Shown one piece after another: positions 58,515-64,000 of a DNA stretch of 64,000 nt. Source of the DNA: Promethearchaeati archaeon (GTDB taxonomy: Archaea > Asgardarchaeota > Njordarchaeia > Njordarchaeales > Njordarchaeaceae); NCBI GenBank assembly GCA_026993975.1, contig JALWRR010000076.1, positions 2,016 to 66,015 of the forward strand. Reading direction: 5' to 3'. The position numbers and the translations under genes are program-made. Numbering within the stretch: the stretch's first letter is position 1; every line of letters starts with the position of its first letter. Under the pieces are notes generated by a model. That model saw only the letters and a program-made list of their open reading frames with translations. It was not told the origin of the DNA and did no database searches.

Positions 58515-58679
58515 TCATTTATCCGGACTTTTTCTTCTAATTTCATAGTGTATTCCTTTTGGAGCTTCTACTACTTTAGTTTGTAACTTAGGACATGGCT
58601 TATCAACATAGACTACTTTAGGCTGACAAGCGCTAAAAGTTAAGGCTATGAATACCGATAGTAGTATTAACTTCTTCAT
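58515..58679 (-). CDS. o-spanin candidate (lipoprotein, 54 aa).
   Basis: MKKLILLSVFIALTFSAC signal plus lipobox-like Cys. Overlaps the 3' end of the i-spanin gene. GGAG RBS. Confidence 0.45.
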   Translation of the reverse strand: MKKLILLSVFIALTFSACQPKVVYVDKPCPKLQTKVVEAPKGIHYEIRRKSPDK

Positions 58680-58884
58680 ACTTAGGCTCCTGTTTAAATA
58701 TTTGAGATTGCTCAGCTTCAAATACTGAATTTTTAGCCTTAGCTGCGGCTACTTGTTGCCTAATTTTAGCATTTTGTAACCGTTGTTTTAGTTGCTTATT
58801 CTGATAGAACAAATTAAGAGTATACATACTAATATATCCAAGAATAACCACAATCAATATCCAAGTTAAATTAACACGAAGCAC
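58633..58884 (-). CDS. i-spanin candidate (83 aa; N-terminal TM plus coiled coil).
   Basis: N-terminal hydrophobic helix, then a Q/K-rich coiled coil. Confidence 0.45.
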   Translation of the reverse strand: MLRVNLTWILIVVILGYISMYTLNLFYQNKQLKQRLQNAKIRQQVAAAKAKNSVFEAEQSQIFKQEPKYEEVNTTIGIHSLNF

Positions 58885-59134
58885 TAGATTTACCTCCTAT
58901 TTTCCAAGTATCTGTAGCAGGTTTTGCAATTGCTCGTATGATAGCATAAACCTCAATAACTAGCATTACACCAAAACGTATAGACTCATCACCTAACATC
59001 ATTTGAGAGGTTATGGCACACCAAGCAGCTGCTAGAACAAAAAGAAATGTACTTACACTTGAACGCCATAACTTCATATAAATTACTAACGGGAGAATTG
59101 CAATTGCAAATGTATAGTATATATTAGCAATCAT
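58871..59134 (-). CDS. Holin-like membrane protein (87 aa).
   Basis: 2-3 predicted TM helices; lysis-cassette position. Confidence 0.4.
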   Translation of the reverse strand: MIANIYYTFAIAILPLVIYMKLWRSSVSTFLFVLAAAWCAITSQMMLGDESIRFGVMLVIEVYAIIRAIAKPATDTWKIGGKSSASC

Positions 59135-59496
59135 CTTGTAGCCTTTGATCTAAGAAATTCTAATGCAATAGAAAATATTTCTACAGCAGCAAAGGCACTT
59201 ATCGCGCCTACTAGTATTTTAACAGATGGAGTACTAATGCCCCATTTAGATAAAAAAGGTTCACTACCATCGATTGCTGCTGGCATAACGACTAGTCCAA
59301 ATAGCATAGACTTTAAAGCCTCACTTGCAGATTGTCCCTTGCTCCAGTCTTCATTTTTATGAGTATACACGTAAAACCAGTGTAATAGCCCTATTAGGCT
59401 TCCTGCAATAGCTAAAATTATGTAGCTTCCACCAACTTCTAAATAACCTAGTCCTGCTGCGGTTCCAATAGCAGCACTTGTAGCATCTCTAATCAT
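59131..59496 (-). CDS. Membrane protein (121 aa, 3-4 TM). Holin or antiholin candidate.
   Basis: Hydrophobic helices; lysis-cassette position. Confidence 0.4.
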   Translation of the reverse strand: MIRDATSAAIGTAAGLGYLEVGGSYIILAIAGSLIGLLHWFYVYTHKNEDWSKGQSASEALKSMLFGLVVMPAAIDGSEPFLSKWGISTPSVKILVGAISAFAAVEIFSIALEFLRSKATR

Positions 59497-59807
59497 TTTA
59501 ACACCATTACATCACTAACAAAAGTAGTTTGATAAGTATCCTCTACAGTGATACGATAAGGATACGCGCCTGCTGGTAGAGTCGCAATAGTACTCATATC
59601 AAAAGTTACTTTACCATTTGGGTCTACTGTTCCAATAATCTCCTGTAAAGGAGGTTGAAGAAAATCACTGGTATCAATAGCATAGATTTTCATCTTAACT
59701 GTACCAGTAGGAATCAATAGCTCGCCATCAATATATAAAGTTCCAACTACTGGTGATGTATCACCTACAAATCTTTCTATTCTTGCATTAACCTCGCACG
59801 CAGCCAT
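59493..59807 (-). CDS. Hypothetical protein (104 aa).
   Basis: ORF. Confidence 0.45.
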   Translation of the reverse strand: MAACEVNARIERFVGDTSPVVGTLYIDGELLIPTGTVKMKIYAIDTSDFLQPPLQEIIGTVDPNGKVTFDMSTIATLPAGAYPYRITVEDTYQTTFVSDVMVLK

Positions 59808-60384
59808 TTGATTCCTCCACAGTTAAATGCCATTGCATTTCTTTTGATGATACATTAGTAGAAATCTCATCACTAATAACACCCCATGTTTGAGGATGTT
59901 CTTTAGTGGCTAGCCCAATTACTTGAGTTTCTACATTCCATTTGTTTATATTGGATACAACAGCCCAGGACAGCCTATTCGTTTGAAAACTGCATGAAAA
60001 TTTTTGGCCTAGTAAAAAGTTATTAGCAGTGTCATTTTTTACTAGCCCTGCTGAGTTTGCTGATCTTACAGATACACAATTGATATTTGTTACATCTGAG
60101 ATGTTATTATTAGCGCCATAAAGCTCAACTATATATTGGTCATCTTCAAACGTTACTGTATAACCATTGATTATCTCAACAGCTGGGGCTAAAGTTGTTC
60201 CGCCAATAGTAATAGAACTATAATGCTCGAAAATATCAGGATAACTAATGCCGTCTGTGTCATCTAGTAAGTCTCCTAGAGTTTCTTTAAACCAAATTAC
60301 ATCAAGCTTATAAACTTGGGGCTCAAGCTGCGTTAGATCAGATTTAAAAACAGTTATGACTCTAGTATTCCAATCTACAATCAT
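59788..60384 (-). CDS. Hypothetical protein (198 aa).
   Basis: ORF. Confidence 0.45.
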   Translation of the reverse strand: MIVDWNTRVITVFKSDLTQLEPQVYKLDVIWFKETLGDLLDDTDGISYPDIFEHYSSITIGGTTLAPAVEIINGYTVTFEDDQYIVELYGANNNISDVTNINCVSVRSANSAGLVKNDTANNFLLGQKFSCSFQTNRLSWAVVSNINKWNVETQVIGLATKEHPQTWGVISDEISTNVSSKEMQWHLTVEESNGCVRG

Positions 60385-60572
60385 CTGATATTTCCTAGCT
60401 TAGCTATAAATGAAAACATTTGTTGCCTAAGTTGATCTATCTCCATATTCTTTTGCTGATTTTGAGCCTCAAGTGCTTCTATACGCTTATGAAGTTGATC
60501 GATTTTATTTCTATCTGCAGTTAAAGCTTCACGAACCGCGTTAAAATTCTTTTTTATGACTTCTTCCATCAT
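60381..60572 (-). CDS. Coiled-coil protein (63 aa).
   Basis: ORF. Confidence 0.4.
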   Translation of the reverse strand: MMEEVIKKNFNAVREALTADRNKIDQLHKRIEALEAQNQQKNMEIDQLRQQMFSFIAKLGNIR

Positions 60573-61840
60573 TCATCCTTTACCATATAAATTGTAAGAT
60601 CCATACCATTATTCTTTATAACACCACTAAAATCTGTGCTTTTATAGTATGTAGGAGAAGAAGCTTTTCTTATTCTACCGCTAACAGTTGTATCACCAGT
60701 ATAAATATAATCTAGAGTAATCTTACCATTAGAATCAGTTAAGTTATTATACAACACTGTTCCATCAGAGTCTCTTTTAAGATAAACACGAGCTCCTGCA
60801 ATTGAACTTTTTGTCTCGATGTCTTTTACTACAATAGTTATTGGGACTATCAACTCAAAAATTATGGTACCGCCATTTGGAGCTGTACAGCGCGTAGGAT
60901 CAATATTACAGTTTGGTGTATATTGTAAAGTTAGTGTCCCTGTCCCTGTATACTGGGCATGAATTGACGTCCATTTATCATAAGTGATTGTATCAAAGCG
61001 AAGAGTTATATTACCACTGACATCAACCCTAATCCCCAAGGCATCATCATCGAACGCAACCGCCCCAAGTGCATCAAGCTCACTTTGGTTAGTAACTGTA
61101 TAAACTGGGATAGCACCATACTCAAAGATATTCCATATCGTACTTTCTGAATACAGTGTAGAACTTTCAGAAATCCAGCAAGAATACCTTTGAGTTTGAT
61201 CTACGCCAAAAGATACGTCAACTCCGCCCATGTCAAGGTTCGTGTCTGTTTTCCCAAATACAACGTCACCAGCATGACTAGCTAAGTTATTTTTTGCTAT
61301 TTCATCACCAACAATTCTTACTTCTGCGAGTCTTCCATTAATATACACTTTGTAATCACTATCATAATTCGCCCCACTAAACTGTGCAAATATATGATAT
61401 GATTTATTCGGCTTCAACGGAGCATATCTTGTCCTTTGAACATAGAAATCTCCTGAGTCTGCGACTTGTGAGGCCGGAATGTTCCCAAATCCCATTAAAA
61501 TAGCGACATTGTTTACAGAACCACCTTCTTTATAAATCGATGTAGGACATTTGATTAGATCAGTGCATTGAAACCACCCCCCAACCTGTCTGATCTCCAA
61601 AGCGGCACTGTTCATATCGTTTGTATCTTGAATTTCACACTTATTATTAGGACCTATCTCCATAGAGTAGGTAGTATCCTCACAGATAGGGGTAGTTACA
61701 AATGAATAAACGTCATTTACAGTGTCATATCCAAGTGGTCTGTTATTTGCTGAATCACCATTGTCATCGGTTGCATTTTGCATTTTCCACAGATGTTGAG
61801 GATTCAGCGTAGTTTCCAGCCAGCTTGGATAGTTATTCAT
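60569..61840 (-). CDS. Lectin/fibre-like protein (423 aa) with a C-terminal carboxypeptidase-regulatory-like beta-sandwich.
   Basis: ARVYLKRDSDGTVLYNNLTDSNGKITLDY-type motif. Gly/Thr-rich beta-rich sequence. Confidence 0.5.
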   Translation of the reverse strand: MNNYPSWLETTLNPQHLWKMQNATDDNGDSANNRPLGYDTVNDVYSFVTTPICEDTTYSMEIGPNNKCEIQDTNDMNSAALEIRQVGGWFQCTDLIKCPTSIYKEGGSVNNVAILMGFGNIPASQVADSGDFYVQRTRYAPLKPNKSYHIFAQFSGANYDSDYKVYINGRLAEVRIVGDEIAKNNLASHAGDVVFGKTDTNLDMGGVDVSFGVDQTQRYSCWISESSTLYSESTIWNIFEYGAIPVYTVTNQSELDALGAVAFDDDALGIRVDVSGNITLRFDTITYDKWTSIHAQYTGTGTLTLQYTPNCNIDPTRCTAPNGGTIIFELIVPITIVVKDIETKSSIAGARVYLKRDSDGTVLYNNLTDSNGKITLDYIYTGDTTVSGRIRKASSPTYYKSTDFSGVIKNNGMDLTIYMVKDE

Positions 61841-62002
61841 TTATTTCTCCCTATCGCTATTTATGACTATTGCTAATGGATATTCTCCTAACGGATTATC
61901 CTGTACTCTAACTACTTCACCATGACATACAGGGCATTTAGCCCCAATAATCTCTTCAGATTCAATAACTGCTCCGCACTCGGAGCAAATATACCTACGC
62001 AT
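61841..62002 (-). CDS. Zinc-ribbon protein (53 aa; CSECG...CPVCHG).
   Basis: Its ATG overlaps the upstream stop, and its TAA abuts the downstream ATG. Below the ORF-track cutoff. Confidence 0.4.
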   Translation of the reverse strand: MRRYICSECGAVIESEEIIGAKCPVCHGEVVRVQDNPLGEYPLAIVINSDREK

Positions 62003-63662
62003 CACTGGTCCTAATAGCAGTTACAGAACCACCAGACCCACCTAAAGTACCAGTAGTTTCAAAGGTTTTAATAGGCGTAGCCCCTCCATCACGGACACGA
62101 ATAAACAGTGAGCGATCAGACCCTGTATAAACACCAGTAAAGCTTTCAGTAGTATTAGTAGCAAGGGTATCAATATAACTAATCCAACAATTAGCTCCTA
62201 CGACTGCATCGGGCACATTAGAGCAGCCAGTAAATGTATTTCCATTATAACCTGTATAGGTTACTCTTTGGTATACATTGCCATCAAAAATACGAATTGT
62301 TCCGTTATTTGGTGTATCAGATGGAATTGTGCTATCTACAATAACAGAAGTATCTCCTGCGGTAGTAGCACTACTGAGTGTAAACTGACTATAGTCAATA
62401 GTACCGCCGTTTTCAGGCGCAACAAGAACTCTGTCTTCTCCAGCTACCAAACCAGCCACAGTAAAAGTGACATAGTTAGGAGGATTGTGCGGAGTATTAG
62501 TAAGATCAAATAGTTTATCAGCATGAGTAAGATCAGTGGGATTGATACCAACACCATAAGCTCCAATAACACTAGTACCAGTAGAGGCTCCAAGTACAAC
62601 TGTAGAAATATTACGGTCAGTGTTACTGGAGAAGTCAGCAGTAGCTCCACTTGTTCCGCCAGTAATTGTATCACCACTAGAGGGCAAAGATCCAGTTAAT
62701 AACTGTAGCCAGATTTTATCTGTACCATTAGTAGCTAGTAACTGTCCTGTACCTCCTGGCCAACTAATAGCTTCAGGCTCGGTAAAAGTTCCAGTAACAT
62801 TGCTAACAGTGAACTCATTAGTAATTCCTCTAAAGATGTTACCGTCTAATCCATAGAGCGTACTAGTAGAATCAGTCTCAGTTAAATATTTAACATACTC
62901 ATAGAGATCATTTACTGTTCTACCATTAGTAATATGCCACTCACTGTAGTAATGCTCTACAGTACCATCGTTATTAATGTCTAAAGATACATAACCTTCA
63001 CTTTGGTTAACGATATCAGTAGACCAACCACTAACAGTTGCTTTATCAGTTTGATTGTTCAAGTCGATAGAGTGTGTAAGAGCCAGAACGTTGTTACCTC
63101 GAGCAGTACCATTAATTGGGAATTCAGAATAGGTATACCCAAATTCACGGTTAAGACCTAAGAGACGTCTGCCGTCAATATCGGATCCACCATCTCGAAC
63201 TTTAATCATGAAGCGGTGAGAAATACCAGCTGCGGGGTCAGGATTAAGGCCAGCATATGTCTGACCATCTGGAGTGTTATTCCAAAAGTCATTAGCGATC
63301 AAGCTTCCATTCTGCACAATATCAATTTTAATGCCAAGGTTACCGTAGTTGACGATGCCATCATAAATGGTATTGCCATTGTCTTGGATAATTGAACCAT
63401 CATACAGGTGCTCAGCAGCTGTGTCGTCAATGTTATAGGGAGCAAAGAGTTTGATAATGTTGTCAGTGGATTTATCTGAAGGAGTATCATCAGTGATATC
63501 CACCAGATCATCTCCAATTGCACTTGCATCGTCTGCCAAATCTTCTAACCAACGATGAAGTTCTAAAACTGTGTAATACCCAGCACCTACTGCGCCATGA
63601 CCTGCTCCAATATAACGAATGTTTTTACTGGAGTCAACGGAAAAGTCATCTGCTATTGCCAT
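61995..63662 (-). CDS. Large Gly/Thr/Asn-rich structural-like protein (555 aa). Fibre or other virion protein candidate.
   Basis: ORF. Beta-rich composition. Adjacent to the lectin-like protein. Confidence 0.5.
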   Translation of the reverse strand: MAIADDFSVDSSKNIRYIGAGHGAVGAGYYTVLELHRWLEDLADDASAIGDDLVDITDDTPSDKSTDNIIKLFAPYNIDDTAAEHLYDGSIIQDNGNTIYDGIVNYGNLGIKIDIVQNGSLIANDFWNNTPDGQTYAGLNPDPAAGISHRFMIKVRDGGSDIDGRRLLGLNREFGYTYSEFPINGTARGNNVLALTHSIDLNNQTDKATVSGWSTDIVNQSEGYVSLDINNDGTVEHYYSEWHITNGRTVNDLYEYVKYLTETDSTSTLYGLDGNIFRGITNEFTVSNVTGTFTEPEAISWPGGTGQLLATNGTDKIWLQLLTGSLPSSGDTITGGTSGATADFSSNTDRNISTVVLGASTGTSVIGAYGVGINPTDLTHADKLFDLTNTPHNPPNYVTFTVAGLVAGEDRVLVAPENGGTIDYSQFTLSSATTAGDTSVIVDSTIPSDTPNNGTIRIFDGNVYQRVTYTGYNGNTFTGCSNVPDAVVGANCWISYIDTLATNTTESFTGVYTGSDRSLFIRVRDGGATPIKTFETTGTLGGSGGSVTAIRTSDA

Positions 63663-63713
63663 TTTTGTTCCTTTTACTGATTTGTCCCGTCAGTATAGAA
63701 ACATAATATGGCT

Positions 63714-63944
63714 TTAGTCTTGGGACAGCCCTTTACGCAGCTTAGCAATAGCCACATCATATAGCCTCCAGACACGTTGTCTAGAGGTCTGAAGTGCCTC
63801 TGCAATTTCACCTACAGAGTATTCTTTATCCTCAGGTTCGAAGTCCAGACTGCATTTGCCTTTCTTGTTCCTGTAGGAGCAGAACATAGCTTTACAGTCT
63901 TTTGCCGAATCAAACTTCTTCGGACACAGGCTGAGGGGATGCAT
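63714..63944 (-). CDS. Small protein with a sigma-70 region 4.2-like HTH and an N-terminal Cys cluster. Internal start MFCSY possible.
   Basis: YSVGEIAEALQTSRQRVWRLYDVAIAKLRK aligns with sigma region 4.2 (TLEEVG..F.VTRERIRQIEAKALRKLR). CxxxxC...C precedes it. Confidence 0.5.
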   Translation of the reverse strand: MHPLSLCPKKFDSAKDCKAMFCSYRNKKGKCSLDFEPEDKEYSVGEIAEALQTSRQRVWRLYDVAIAKLRKGLSQD

Positions 63945-64000
63945 TCATCATCTGCTTTGTGAGTTTGGAAAGGTCATAGTCTTCATTCTCGACTACAAAG
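63910..64000 (-). CDS. 3' end of a gene that continues beyond the window.
   Basis: Open frame from the window edge to the TGA at 63912-63910. Confidence 0.3.
   Translation of the reverse strand, partial: FVVENEDYDLSKLTKQMMNASPQPVSEEV

Noticed and set aside
1-64000. CRISPR arrays, rRNA genes, integrase/transposase or other classical mobile elements.
   Set aside because: I saw no direct-repeat/spacer arrays, rRNA-like segments, recombinase motifs or terminal inverted repeats. The only mobile-type gene is the free-standing HNH endonuclease.

Overview
The window looks like a contiguous piece of a large, AT-rich, tailed dsDNA phage genome with a T5-like architecture. It has three blocks.

(1) 1-2700: leftward (minus-strand) operon of about 10 very small early-type genes. 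Four copies of a ~48-bp paired stem-loop element sit between genes, each fused to an RBS. The block ends in a hairpin- and palindrome-rich divergent control region.

(2) 2700-37177: rightward structural/morphogenesis module, headed by a near-consensus sigma70-type promoter. Order: beta-helix protein, putative small terminase, large terminase, portal, prohead protease/scaffold fusion, major capsid protein, head-tail proteins, major tail protein, two chaperone-like ORFs, a 3913-aa tape measure protein, then about 9 tail-tip/fibre genes.

(3) 37178-64000: leftward replication, nucleotide-metabolism, lysis and accessory block.
- Repair and replication: Rad50/Mre11-like nuclease pair, DNA polymerase I, flap endonuclease, SNF2 helicase, primase-helicase, ATP-dependent DNA ligase.
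- Nucleotide metabolism: thymidylate-kinase-like dNMP kinase, a thymidylate-synthase homologue carrying the Asn->Asp substitution that is diagnostic of dCMP-specific enzymes, dCMP deaminase, MazG-like pyrophosphatase.
- tRNA region: tRNA-Leu(TAA) and tRNA-Met(CAT) flanking an HNH endonuclease.
- Transcription: a sigma factor that lacks region 4.2, plus a separate small region-4.2-like protein.
- Lysis cassette: two membrane proteins, overlapping spanins, amidase endolysin.
- Repeated extended -10 promoters.

No CRISPR array, rRNA, integrase or transposase was seen.

The most interesting inferences are: (a) a probable cytosine-modification (hmC/5mC-type) nucleotide pathway, (b) a split sigma factor, and (c) a family of conserved intercistronic RNA elements. 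All functional calls rest on motif recognition by eye; I ran no database searches.
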